Shown here piece after piece: positions 25,805-39,923 of a DNA stretch of 64,000 nucleotides. Made by a program: the position numbers and the translations under genes. This DNA comes from Trichoplax adhaerens (taxonomy: Eukaryota > Animalia > Placozoa), in the NCBI RefSeq assembly GCF_000150275.1, contig NW_002060946.1:8043555-8107554 (forward strand), read 5' to 3'. How positions within the stretch are numbered: the stretch's first letter is position 1; each line of letters opens with the position of its first letter. Under the pieces are notes generated by a model, which worked only from the letters and a program-made list of their open reading frames with translations, made no database searches and was not told the DNA's origin.

Positions 25805-27429
25805 GACTGGATCAATAACTTGTCAATGCTCCAGCACTACCGTTAACTATACCTCGAGGGTGTTAACAGATCGTTTTAATCGAATGGAAGGACAGCACTC
25901 ACTTTTGATATGATAGCAGAGAATCGAGTCGATACCAGGCGTACGCTTGAGCTGTGATCATTTAAAACAGTCAATACTGACTAATGATATGAACAACTCC
26001 TCTCTCTTCAGATTATGCTTTATATCTTACTTACTTACTCCTAGGATGAGCTCATTTGATCGATCAAGTAGTCATTCACTTGGGCTAAAATAAATGAATT
26101 TGAATAAGCTTGATCGTACGATAATGGCAATCGATCGATAATCTCCGTGACCAATAACCTCAGTCGATGAATAGCATCAAGAGTATAAACTGAAAATGGA
26201 CATTAATTTGTATATTCGCATTCGACAGTCATTCCATAAATCTCTCGCTGATGCTTTCTGTTTAGTCGGCTGATGGAATATTTCCAATAAATCATCTGGT
26301 CATGCAAGGCGTGCCAGCACGATTAGCAGGCTGTTGCCAGTTCTTTGTGGTTGTCGTCACATCGGACGGACGCCAGCCGACCGCGTGAGTGGTAACGACT
26401 GTATAGACCCCGAGACACCCATGCTAGAATAAGCCTGTTACTGTACGACAGCGATCGTTGCATGGGATTACTATAGACTAGAAGGTATTGCGGTGGACGA
26501 CGGTCGCCGTCTCTCGGTCACCGTCGGATGGACGGATTTGGGTCAATCCATGGAGGCCAAAATGTCGAGAAAGAGTTACTAGTTGTAAATGTGGATCGTC
26601 GGAGTCGGCTTTCTTCATCATTACACTTCATGTATTAATAGTTACAACTACTTGCAAGCAGAACTTAGTAAAATAGGATATTACTGCAGCATTTTTCTTC
26701 TTACTTAATTATAAGTTATTCTGCTGTGTATAATTAATTCATGAATGAATTATGCTAACGGGTGGGTATGCGCTCCAAATCAGCTCTATGATAGGGATTC
26801 TCTCTTGTCTCTTTACCTTTATTTTTAAAGTTGAAAAAAAAATAAGTCAAGTCTACTGCACAGTCTAAAATCAAGTGTATATCTTCTCTCAGTGTACAAT
26901 ACTCCTAAGAGAAGCCTATTTTAGTTTGCAAATAGTCTATGAGTCGATGGGTAGTAAGTCTACGCAATTGGTCGGTGATACGGATTTGAAGACCGGACCT
27001 CGAACAGTTCTATTAAATTAAATTAAAAATTTGTGAGCAGAACATCCACGGTAAGCTAGTGTTATGATCAAATTAATTCAGTGCTAGTGTAGCCATAACG
27101 CCTACAAAGTCTCGCGGCTTCACTTGTTAGTGCTCTAAAATTAAAGCTATTTAGTGAGGAAGTAACCTCTCACATCCGTTATTTCGATAGTAGCATGGTA
27201 ATAAGTCGAGGGATTGCATAGACAGTATTCATGTGTACTGTTGGACTAAGAAAATAAAGAAAAACTAACTTATACACAATTAAAACTTACACCTACATGC
27301 TGGATCGATCGTAATAGACTATCTATAATATAATATATGAAATACTGCATTCAAATAGCACGATATTAAAGATTTCCATTTTCTACTGATGTTAAGAGTA
27401 ATTGAAGAGTTATACAGTATGTATTTCCT

Positions 27430-29719
27430 GTGATTGTAGTAAGTCATAGATCACTTGGAAGAAAACGTAGCCTCATTTGGCAAAGCTTTATCCAGATCGA
27501 TGCTAAAAAAAAATATGTCAGCTGTCGATACTGCCATGCTGCATTTTATGGTACGATCGAGAAAATGACCAAACATATTTTAGAGAACTGCAGCGCAGTT
27601 CCAAGTGAAATAAAGCAATATCATAATATTAAATACAATAAAAGCGCAGACAGCGATATGGAATGCACAGCATTAAACAATGCTGAATGGTTAGCTTCCG
27701 CTAATCCCCTATCTGCACCTCCAGCGCTTGGCAAAAAACGAAAAATTTCTGATTATGGAATGGCAAAGCCGACCAATTTAGAACATACAGCCTTATATAG
27801 TTCATTGGTGCTTGCTCTTATTACTTCCGATATTCCTTGGAAATTCTTAGACAATGGCTACTTTCGAGAATTTCAAATGAGATTGCATCCGGATTTTCAA
27901 CCACTAAGTGGATATCAAGCTTGCGAGCAAATTGTCAACAAATTACAGCTACAAACAGATGAAGATATTACTAATTTTTTACTGGATTCGACATATTTGA
28001 CGATATCGTGCGATGCTACCAATAGTGTTGATAACTGGAACATCACAAATTGGGTAGCAACAAATGAAAACGCGTATTCAGAATTGATATATATTACTTC
28101 TCGCCCATGTGCTAAAACTGCTCCAGATATCTTTGAAGAAATTTATAGCTTTATTGGTAGGTTAAAACTTCCAGTATCGACTCAAGTAAGCTTTTGCAGC
28201 GATAGTTCCGATATAGACGCCGCAGTAAAGAAAAAAGTACGAGAGCAACCAGATGCGAGAATAGGCTTGACAGGAAGTTGTTTAGCCCATCAATCGAATT
28301 TCATCATGAAAGATGTTATAAGAAACCTAACGTATCTTGGCAATAGCATTGGGACGTGTCAAAAAATTGCCAGGTTTACACATCAATCGAAATCCTTTTA
28401 TGGCCTACTTCGAGATGAACTAGATATACAAGATATATCGATTTGGATTCCGACACAAGCGCAATGGTATTCAATAGCCATGTGTGTAAAGCAAATATTG
28501 TGCATCGAAAAGGAACTTAAAGTTGCATCTGGTAAATGCTCAGACGACGCATTTATGCCATTTGACACACCAGAAAGTAACCTTCAAAGCATAATAAACG
28601 ATGATCATTTTTGGAGTGATCTTAAAAGCACTTATGCCATCTTAACACCGTTTAATTTTATTGCTGCAATGTCTGAAAGATCTGATATAACCTCTAGCCA
28701 ATTTCTAATAACATGGATGTGGTTATTATGCCTACTGAATAACGCACCAGAAGTAGACAACACCATTAGAATAAATATATTCAATAATATTGAAAAAAGG
28801 ATACAAAATTTCATTGAAGATCATCAGATAATATCGATTGTGCTAGATCCTCGCATTTATCTTACTGGCTTAAGCCAATTTGGTAAGCGAAGGGTACGCT
28901 CACTTTTTTCGCAATTTGTGGAGAGATTATATCCACAAGTGGATATTGCTTTAATTATGGAGCAATATATTGCGTACTGCCATAAACGATTTCCATTCGA
29001 TGATAAAATTACATGGAATCATATGGCTAAAGCGCCAATCACGTTTTGGAATGAGTACTCACAAGAGACATCGGAATTATCTACCGTCGCCATTACAATA
29101 ATTACTCTTACGCCGCATGCTTCTACATGCGAAAGAGCATGGTCGGCATATGCTACTATCCCTAATACTAAGCAACATAATCGACTCAATTTCGAAAATA
29201 TAACTAAAATTTGTAAAATTAAGCATCATTACGATACTCAAAAGATCATAAATGCAACAGCTGCTGGCGCTAAAAGATACGCTTTAATATTATGTAATAT
29301 GGTTAAGATTAAAAGAGAGCATTTACTTGGCAATGAAGAAGATCGACCAGATGAAACACCCACTACAGAAGCTATCCAGGATATGAATGATAACCTTAGC
29401 GATAGCGAAGATGCCAATTTCATTCGTGCTATAGCTGAAGTAGCAGGTGTATATTACAGTATTGAATGATTTTAGGAATTGAATGCTTCAAATAAGGGTT
29501 CATTTTCTTTTAATGATGTTCTAAATTATTGTAGATCCTGAGTTTCGTGATGATTTGCCTAGTAACAGCGGTATGAGTTGCAATCGAAGTGTTGATGTGC
29601 AAGCCCCCGAGGATATAACCATGAAAGACTTTACTCTCTCATGGCTGGATCTAACTGCTCAAACATTAGATAATATTGAGGAAATTGTTAGATCGTTTGT
29701 ACCGATAGTTCCAAGGTAA
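27430..29719 (+). CDS. BED zinc-finger hAT-family transposase or transposase-derived (ZBED-like) gene; spliced, 5' exon(s) unresolved
   Basis: The 679-codon open frame has a BED finger (W..F...CRYC...KHILENC), ISCD, FCSDSS, CLAH, QWYS, LDPR and a C-terminal dimerisation region (FW...ELS..A..I...PHASTCERAWS...NRL). A GT-AG intron at 29447-29534 continues in frame to a ~61-codon last exon ending TAA at 29719. No ATG precedes the BED finger, so an upstream exon is required. Confidence 0.85.
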
Positions 29720-31420
29720 ATTCATATACTTGTGTAATCTGGGTTTTCTTGTTATGGTAAAAGTATCTCTTGGTTACTCTTTCTATCTTGCTATGATACT
29801 AATAACCTTTAGTAGGGCATTTTGTGAATTGGTATATTGTAAAACATGAATTAAAATAGACTTGTTATGTTTACTTGACAGATACTGATATGATAATATG
29901 ATAAATCTGTTGTTAGAATCTGTCAATTAATTTCTATTTGATTGCAATTTCGCGTTTCTTTTGCACAGTAGCGTATAGGCATTTATATCATTGTGTTATT
30001 CCATGCCATATTTGATTATAGATATTATTAATAACGACAATAACACTCTCAATAGGTATTTGTAGTAATATACATTTTGACGCAATCTGCGAGATAATAT
30101 ATACGCGTACATAACAGATATATATACATATTTACAGTGGCATGGATATACTTATCACTAGGGATTAAAGATATTGAGGTGTATTTGCTAAAATACTTTT
30201 CCTTACATAGTTTTGCTTTCGACTAATTGCTTCTACATTGGATCCTATTATAATCAATCTTGTATAAGGTAGAGTACATGCGAAAAATGCTCCATGTATT
30301 TTTTTAAAGATCTTGCTATTTTGATACCTCGCGCTACTTTGTCTACACCTGTACATTCGGGGTCGTAAGACTGGATTATGTATAGGTGTAATATTGTCTC
30401 ATTTATAGAATTTGTAATTAGGGTGTACTGTATGCTTTTAGCGTGTTATAAACTAAAGGTAGTTTATAAATGCATTGCTTCAATATGGTATTTAAATTAG
30501 GCTGATTTGATTTCAAATTTTCTCGGAGTCCGATACCAAACAGAATTTTTAGGAGTAGAAAATTCATAATAACGATCGGTGCAAGAGATTTCTTCTCACA
30601 ATAATAAAAATAAAGTAGCGCACCGGGTACGTCTTCTGAGATTCTTGATTGTACGACATTAGAGGAGTGAATTCAATGTAACTTCGAGTAATGCATAATA
30701 AATACGTGATTTTCAATGTTAAAAATTCGTGCAAAGTAACGTTGTAGTTACTAAGCAGAGTAACAACTGAGGGTAAATGAATCAGAATAGTGTAAAAGTT
30801 CAGTTTTATAATAGTTTATGAGTTCAGCCTAATTCGATGTAACGTATGTTGGATTTGATCTAGTCAATGCTTCCTATGTTTAGCCTTTATTATTATTAGA
30901 AGCGATACAGTTCTACTGCTACTTTGTAGATCAAAGGTATCTGCTGTATGCAATATAGCAATATGAAAAGTATACATCGTCAATGCAGTACATACGAGGA
31001 CATCTATATATGGTATTTCATTACACATTCTATGCATTTAGTAACGTCTATATCATATAAATACAAGGCAATTCAATAATGATTTTTATAAATTGATGAT
31101 GCTCGGTTTAGTTGTTTACATGAGCTTATTTATCATTATTAGATGATCATTTTTAAATATGAATTGTAAATAGATAATGTCAATTCGACTAGTAATGTAC
31201 TCTTAAAATTTGAAAGTAAGCATTAATCATGTACTTCAGCAGTACACTTTGTTAAGCCTTTCCTGTAGTATCCAAATACTGTACATTTCTCAAACGAAAT
31301 ACCTGTACGGTCATATCTATCGGCATCAAAACAGCACGTAGTTACTTTAACACTATCCTCAGCCAAGTTGAGTAGAATAACGTACACGTCAGCGAAATGA
31401 TTACGGAATCGGATTTGAAA

Positions 31421-32257
31421 CTATTTTAGAACCAATTCTTCATATTCCCTCTTAGGATTTTTTTGTAGATATTCTGCCAAGTACCAACAAGATAATTTCA
31501 TTTTGAAACGATTTTGTAAGGCGTAATCGAAAGCAGTCTAGGATAGCAAAATAAGAAAGCATTATACATGTACAACAATTGAATCGCAATGGAGTCCTTG
31601 ACAAATTGCTGTTAAGCAAGTCGATATAACATGCAAAAAACAACATCAACCGATTTACAAAGTAAACTGCAAATTTCATCATTGTAATGATCAAAGTACT
31701 ATTCCAATTCTGGATTGTATCAAAGAATGTCTGTTTAATTTGAATGGCAGGTACAAGTATACCAGCAAGGTATGGGCAAGTTGTATCTCTTTTATCGCTA
31801 ACCTGAGCTAATAGCTTAGCAACACCCATACCACGGAATCTGGGAGGAACACCCGTATGCAACATATCTATAACTCCTTCATTTTGAGCTAATGAATATT
31901 GCAAGACAGCTTTGTCTGGTATAAAAAACGACAACAACAACAACAACATTAATAGGTTGAATTTTAGTCTTTCAATGAGTAAAACTATGTTGAAATAGGT
32001 TTCACTAAAAACATCTACCGACCAATATACCGTAGTAAACTATTGTCAACACAGTAGAAAAATAACAGACAGTGTAGTGTACATGGTATACAAGTACCGG
32101 AGTCGAGTTGAACGAAAAATTCGCTCTTTGCTTCATCGTGCATGACATCCTGCAGGGTTAATTTAGTGCAAACTGCACGAGCAGTGGTCTTCGTGATGTT
32201 CTGGCTCATCAGTATTCTGGAATGGATTCGGCTGAGAGCTTGCATTGCATTTACCAT
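31421..32257 (-). CDS. NATD1: NATD1 / GTLF3B-like small GNAT acetyltransferase-fold protein, 3 exons
   Basis: Exons 32257-32098, 31915-31803 and 31537-31421 give VMHDEAKSEFFVQL..DKAVLQY...IDMLHTGVPPRFRGMGVAKLLAQ|TAFDYA...LSCWYLAEY. This includes the acetyl-CoA-binding RGxGxA motif and the family CWY motif. Confidence 0.88.
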
Positions 32258-32371
32258 TCAAGATGTTGCATTGGAGCCCTTTACTCCAAGTGTAGATTGA
32301 CTTTTTGGTAAGTAATTGGGTCGCGATTGGATTTGCTTTCTCGGCCCAGTCTGAAGATGAGATCACGACAT

Positions 32372-32560
32372 GGTACTGTAGAGTTGAGTATACTGTACTG
32401 TACGTACAGTACATTTATGAAATGTACTGTACTGATAGAGATCTACTGTACTGTACACTGTACACTGTACTGTACAGTACTACAGTATACTGTAGGGACT
32501 TCTCAAGACTAATACTGTACACTGTACCATAGTACTGTACTGTACTGAGTGTACTGTAGT
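32372..32560. repeat. Palindromic TACTGTACAGTA low-complexity array upstream of NATD1
   Basis: Dense TACTG/TACAG/GTAC units, including the hairpin cagtacattt-atg-aaatgtactg. It is the same motif family as 13751-13905, with a weaker patch at ~32950-33025. Confidence 0.85.
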
Positions 32561-33063
32561 TTCGACAGGACGGTGGTCAGAAGGAGCCAATACTGGCTCC
32601 TGGCTACTGCCACCGGATGGACGGACTTTTCATACAAGATGTGGCCCAAAAATGGGGAAAAATAGTCACTCGGTATGGAGCTTCCTTGCTTGTTTTCTAA
32701 ATCACTCGTATTAATTTAAATAACATGAATGATCTAAAGCTACAGCTTCCAAGCAAAGCTTAAGAACAGGCAATAGAATATAATGTAATATTACTTAATT
32801 TAGAAAAAATCAGTCCATTCAGGATCGACTGTCTGCATACTCAAGTACGGTCATAGTGAAGTCTTGGACACAATTGGTGGACCAAAGGGGGGACAAATAT
32901 CTGTCCGTCCAAAGACGTGTCCGGTCCAGGTATTCTTCCAGTTGTCCGTGCTACTGCAGTGCACAGTGCACACTGCACACTGTCGTCAGAGTACAGTACA
33001 GTTCAACGTTTAGTCAAGTACTGTATGAGTACCCTCTTCGTATTTTCAAAATTTTGGCGCCAC

Positions 33064-33290
33064 AGCCCCGTTGAAACGGTACAGATCACCGTATGGTACG
33101 CTAACAGCTCACTCAGTTCAGTATGAACTCTATCGCATAATCGTATAAGTCAACACAGTACGGCATGCAATGGTTATTAGCAGCACGGTACGGTACGCAT
33201 TCGGATCGCACGTTGATCAACGGGTCCAAACTTACTTGACTTTCACTGTGTTTCACGATCCCGATCCGATCCGATCCGGCTCCAAACCTC
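33064..33290. repeat. GGTAC/GATCC short-repeat patch, possible decayed non-autonomous DNA transposon
   Basis: Contains gccccgttgaaacggtacagatc..., cggtacggtacg and (gatcc)x4 at 33257-33278. Locally GC-rich and non-coding; no matching second terminus was identified. Confidence 0.35.
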
Positions 33291-34022
33291 ACCTACAGTG
33301 CACTTTTACCTCAAGTCAACTTCACAGTGACTGAAGTTTGACTGAACGCTACTGCCAAAGCACAATTTGTACAGTGAATTAAATTGCGGCCATTGCCAAT
33401 TGGCAATCCTGTCAACACTCAGTTTATAGCGTTGTAAAAGCTGCCATTTCTTATGAAAATCTCACCTCAAGTTCTCCCTACAAGTAAAATCAACATTAAA
33501 GCATCGAAATTTTCAAAGATATTGACTGGGTGGAAGAATTTCTCTTTGAAAAAATCCAAATAACAACTGATTCAAGTTGGTTCGCTTACAGTGTGGGAGT
33601 CAGCAAGTCTGTTAAAGATTTTACTGCTTGCAAATCTTACGATATCAGATCACCTTTCAGCTGGTTTTTAGATTATAGAATTCTATTCTACCGTTGCAAA
33701 TTGATTTTTTCTTCAAACTGGTGTAGAGTATTATAGAATACTACTGAATTACTGATTGCCAAACTCTTTCCCTTGTGCCACCGATTGACGGTAGACTTCA
33801 ACTGGATAACATTACTCCAAATTATTCGAGTACGAATGTAATTCGTGCAGGTCTATCTTCGTATCTACGATCTACTCACTCGAAACCAAACCAACTCCAT
33901 CTTTGCTGAGAAGGGAGGAGATACTTTCATCAGCAAATTTCTGTACACAGTGACAGTGAATAGTTCCAAGTCGAGTTGCCTTGCTCGTGATTGCACTAGC
34001 AAGTGGCTCGCGGAAAACCATC

Positions 34023-37000
34023 ATGACGGAACGAGGCCCTATCGTGGATGATTTCAGCCCAGCCGCTTATTTATATAAATTATGCTTGAATTTCTTACCC
34101 GATGACAACGCAAATGGTAAGAAATACATTTCACTGCCAATCTAATTTCATTTTGAATGAATGAACTGCACTGCACGAGTACAGCATATACATTCATTAA
34201 GCCAGGATGCAATGGATAGCATGTTGGTAGCTTCCATTTCTTAGTTGGAGTCGTAGCAGCCAAATTAAATCTCTACAGTAGACTACTCAAATTCAATGTG
34301 GTATTGACAATTACCTCACTTTTCTCGCCGTACACGTGAACGGAAGAGTAGTATCATGAAATGATACGATCTCAATTTACTATCCTATTACAGTATCGTG
34401 ACCCTCATTTGTAATGATGAAAGCGATACAAAATTTAAAAATTCAGTCCTTGCTGTAACCTAACCGATAGTAGTATATTATTAATTTTATAGCTTTTACT
34501 GGGACTACATACAGTAGAGAACATCATGTATTATTCATACGGATTGCAAATACTAACTTGGATTGATTTGATTCTTTACTAGATGCAAACAGATTATACC
34601 AATATGTATGTCGACTTATCAGCAGGTATATCATTCTACTACCTTAGAATTTCTATTGTCAGTTTGATCATGATGTAAAATGGATACATTTATTTTCTTA
34701 ACTTAATCTATCTTACTATCGTCGTCGATCTTCATGACATGGAGTGTATTGCTAGAAAATTATAAATACGTACAGTACATGTACTTTGATCGTATTAAGC
34801 TTACAGATTACATACAACAACTTGCAATGGTCAAATTGTGTCAATTGCATTTGATTTTATAACTTGACATCGATAACATATCTTATCTACAATGCTAAAA
34901 TACGCGTTGTGCATGTATGATACTTAGTCGTATAGAACCTTCCGCAGTTAGTGATGAATTTCAAATTTCAGAGAGAATCAAAAGAAAACGTAAGAAACTT
35001 TTAGTATTGATCTAACAAAGTACAAGTATAATTAAAAATACGATAACCTATTACACCACACAACCTTTTACTGTACTTATAACTTGCCCACTTATATCCT
35101 TGGAACTTGTAGTGGTACGTAATGGTAAGGAAGTCGATGCTGCTGTATTTTCTGAATTACAGCGAAAACTATCATCCCAGGTGTGTAAAATACTATTAAA
35201 GTATAAGTAAACCATTTTGGCGAGTTTTAGTCTTATCCTAACTTCTTAGATAGAACAGTAATATGTCTAAAATCTGAATCCGAAGTACAATATTTTTATG
35301 TTAGTAATACTCTCGCTTGCATTTCTTGCAGCCGTTATTGAAAAATCGCTGGTCAATCCTTTACTTGCTATTAAATCTCAGTAAAAGTAGTAAGCAAAAT
35401 GAGGTAACGTCATTAACTCTATACCTGTTGCTATGATTGAATCTCTTGTTTCACTACGTAACGTAATCATGCTAATAATACATGATTAATGATTGAAAAC
35501 ACGCATTGTATCAAATGTGACAGGATGTAGTATTCCTAAGTGATGGATTGCCAGGCAATGTGCAATCAACACCCGCTGGAATGGCAAATAGAATGATCAC
35601 TCGAATAAACATGCAACAAAGTTCTGTCGATCAAACTACGACAATTTTACCACCATCCATGGCTACCATGTCTACTGGTAGTAGAATTAGCAGTGGTATT
35701 GGCAGCGGTAGTAATGAAACTGATAGAAGTACAATAACTAGCTTTAACGCTACTATAGACCCAACTTTAGTTGTACCGACTCCCAGTGGCATAAGACAAC
35801 CGACAGGTATATATCTTACACTTCTATCGCGTTATTTACATCTAATATATAAATATATCCGTAGTGACAAAATTTCTGGAGTTGGATATTATTTAATTTT
35901 ACGACCTTTTTTTAATCAAATCTGGACTTGGTATTCTACCATACGACTAATTTAAATGGTATGCATTCCTTAGATATTACGAACAAAAAAGTTATCAATA
36001 CGTTAGTGACTTCCCGCTTGGAACATAGTAATCGGTCTAATACTGGAGCACTATCCACTAAATTAAACCAGAAATATCGTGAACATAGCAAAGTATCAGC
36101 ACGTGATCCATACAATTCCGTAAATAGTAAGTATATATACGCTGCATATTACAAAATTTATTTTATTGATCGTATTTGTCAAAATTGACGGTATTACTTT
36201 TGTATTACATAATTTCTTGACAACATATCTATCATTACTTTCCATTCTAGCTTCCTTTGAACTTTCAGAAGATATTTTGATAAGGGATTTAATATATACA
36301 TTTCAAGGAATAAATGGCAAAGTTATCAAGTTAGATCAATCAGTTGATGCGTTCCGTGTTGATTTTAATGTAGGTTTTTATTCAGATCAGCCTTTTCTTA
36401 CTAGATTAGAATAGTTCCGTAGCTTACTCGATAACAATACCAATTTATAGGTCGGTGTGCCAAAGCATTCAAGAGAGTTAGTTCATAAATTAGCCGAAAT
36501 TGGATGGTTGTATCGAAAGATTAGAAAGTTTATTGATCAACATTCTACTGATCAAGCATATGGATTAGTTGGCCAGGTTTATAACTCATTTTCATTCTTA
36601 AGTTTTTTATAGCCAGCAAGCAAAGTTATGAGTATAGAGTATTGATAATAAATACAATTCTATCCGATCAACACTTGCCTTTACTAAAATTTAGAGTTTT
36701 TGCACTGCACTCCAAGACGAGCTGACAGAGTTTTATCGGCTTATCGCTGTATTGGACGCTCAGGTATTCCGTGTTTCGTCCTAAACGTATCTAAGATATT
36801 GCTGTGTTACAAAATAAATGGACCAACTTTTCTTACCTCTTATATAGTATATATCAAGTTACCAGTTTCATTTACAATGTTGTTTACTTATTTGCGTACA
36901 GAGGGAACAACAGCTATCAGTTGGTCCTACGAATGCAAATTATTTGTCTTTACACCGACTCTCAGTTTGGACTTACGAGCCGCTGCAACGATTAACTATA

Positions 37001-39923
37001 CTTGCATCATTAACTGATATATGTACTGGTATGTTAATGGATGAATCACTATTATCATCTTACTACCCTGAATATGTTACGAAGAGACAGCTTTAATGAC
37101 TAGATGATATTGATATTAGGTAAGAAAGGTGGTGCTTTAGCGTCGACGGTACATTCATACTATCAACATGGTAATCCATCCATTCGTAATTTAATAAAAG
37201 ATGTCCTTGGGAAGGTTAGTACTAAGCTGTGTTAGTTAACTAAATTTATCCTATCGCATTCTCAAAGTCTGAAAGAATACCTTAATTTCATGACGTATTT
37301 GTTCAAATGTAGGTCGTTAAACCTTTAAATTTTATGCTACACAAGTGGATATACGACGGGCAACTGGCTGATATACATCACGAAGTTAATATTGACCTGC
37401 ATTACTAATATAACATTCATATCGATAATTGAAAAATACCGTTGTTAATATCGTTCTTGAACGAATTATTTACTTTTTTAGTTCTTTATTTCATCGGAAT
37501 CGACAGTCCAAGAGAACCGCCTATGGCGAAACAAATATGGCATTACCAAATCAATGCTGCCCTCATTTATTGCAATAGCACTTGCAAAGAAGGTATTTTA
37601 ATCACCCATCATCAATTAAGAAAAATCTGCATTTCTTAAGGCTATATATCAAATATTTACAGATTCTATTAATTGGAAAATCTATCAACTTTATTCGTCA
37701 AGTCTGTATGGACAGGAGCGCAATATTCGGTATCAAACCTACTACAGCAGTTGCTACCAACGGAGATGAAAGTACAGCATTATCAATTTATTTTATAATT
37801 GTATAAAAGTTTATCAATTTATTGTAACAACCTGCAATTACATTATCATTTTTTCTATACCATAGGTTCTGTGCAATTAGTTTTCACTCAAAAAATAATC
37901 GGCTCGCAACTTGAAGTGATCGTTGATTCTGTTTATACAGCAACAAGCAAGCATCTATTAAAGATATTAAATGAAAAATATAAATTTATGGATCATCTTA
38001 AAGTAAGTTGCAACCGAATTGAAAGTAGCTGCTCTTATCTTAACTTTCTGACAGAAAATTACATGGCATGTCGTTGACAACTTGATAATAAAAATTCAGG
38101 CTCTTCGTCGTTATCTTTTGCTTGGCCAAGGCGATTTCGTAATACATTTGATGGACTCTTTGGCGTACGTTAACTTCATGATTAACTTGAATCCTTATTA
38201 ATTTATTAATTGAATATAAATACCGAAATTAAAAGTTTTAACATGTGTTACTACAATTCCTACAGACCAGACTTGAATAAGCCGGCGTCGAATTTATATG
38301 TGCACAACTTGACTGGAGTCCTCGAAACAGCAATAAGAGCAACGAACGCACAATATGATGACGCAGATATTATAAAACGTTTAGATATTAGGCTACTTGA
38401 GGTTAATAAAATCAATTTAACTCTATTTGAACATACTGATCCTTAAAATGATATGAAAATTTTGCTTTCATGACGAACAGGTATCTCCAGGAGATACAGG
38501 ATGGGATATCTTCAGTCTTGATTATCATGTAGATGGACCCATCAGTACTGTATGCTTTTATATATGAATGAATGATTCACCCTACTAAATTGCAGTGCCT
38601 TTTAAAGCTAAATGAATATTTTCATTTCTTTTTCGTAACAACAGGTTTTTACTGCACAATGCATGATTAATTATTTGCGCATGTTTAACTTTCTATGGCG
38701 TTTGAAGCGAATGGAATTTGTTCTTGGAGAGACATGGCGTAACCAACTCAAATGCTTCAATATTTACAAACATTTGCCAGGTAATAAAATTTCTTATGTA
38801 AGGCTGATGCTAACCATTTTATACCTTTGTATCCTCTGAGTGTAATTGTGTTTCCTGACTAAACTGCAACACTTTCAAAAGGAATTCTACCGTTACTACA
38901 TGCAAGTAACATTTTAACAGCGGAACTAATCCATTTTATAAATCAAATGCAATATTATATTATGTTCGAAGTAAGTATCTGAATAGACTACGTATCCGCT
39001 TTCTTTTTTATTGCGAATGACTGATGATACAATCATTCCTAATCAGGTCCTAGAGTGCGCTTGGGACGAGTTAGTAAAAAGAGTAGAAGAAGCTAAAGAC
39101 CTCGATGATGTTATCGATGCTCACGACAAATTTCAAGAAATCATTATTACTCGCTCTTTACTAGACTCGCATTCTCGGGTAAGTTACAAACATTTATTTT
39201 CAAATAAATTGTTGCTGCGCCTGTTGTCAATTTCTTGAATCTAACGTCAATAATTTTTGTTTCTTTTCATCTAATAGGACTTACAGACACAAATTAGGTC
39301 GATTTTTAATTTCATTCTTCAATTCCAAAATTTGCTAGAAAGTCTCTTTTCCGCAGCGCAATATGAAGTTGATTCGGAAAAGAAAATAGAGCGTGATGCA
39401 GAAAAGAGAAGCAAGCAGGTAAATCTAAATCGCCCGGAAATTGACATCATATGATTTGTAAGCTTAATAATAGCATGTACATGTATACGTAGTTAGCAGT
39501 TATTTGGAATCTTACACTTCGTTTAATTACCGAAATACCTTAGGGCCAGTGGGGAATGACTGATACTGAAACGGAAATAGAAGAACGAAGAGTAGAGGAA
39601 TTTATTTCTACCACAATCCCTACTACCTTAAAGAAATTGAATAAAATTTTGGAATCTTCAAAGGTACGGTAGTGTAGAAGATAAACGATTATTTTTGTCT
39701 GTTTTTAATCTATATTTATCTTTGTAATTTACCTTTATACGTATTGGTTTCACTCTAGGCTGCTATCCGAACCTTTTTATTATCTCTTATTTCAAAAGCT
39801 GACGTAAGCCTACGTTTTCTGTGCTTTCGTTTGGATTTTAACGAATTTTATAGAGAGCAAGAACCAAGGTTGAAGAGCCCTTTACGACTACAGCGAAAGA
39901 AGCGCATACAATATGAATCATGA
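34023..39923 (+). CDS. TUBGCP3: Gamma-tubulin complex component 3 (more than 20 exons)
   Basis: ATG at 34023. Motifs include [54 protein letters not shown]|[59 protein letters not shown]|VLECAW and [14 protein letters not shown] at 39921-39923. Confidence 0.96.

Noticed and set aside
26700-30400. Terminal inverted repeats for the hAT transposase (tagggatt at ~26792 and ~30159)
   Set aside because: Both are in the same orientation, and no complementary right end or 8-bp target-site duplication was found by eye.
38550-38644. TUBGCP3 intron with gtatgctttt donor and ttcgtaac near the acceptor, resembling a U12-type intron
   Set aside because: Position +5 is G rather than the U12 consensus C (GTATCCTT) and the branch-site match is imperfect. 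It is compatible with an ordinary U2 intron.
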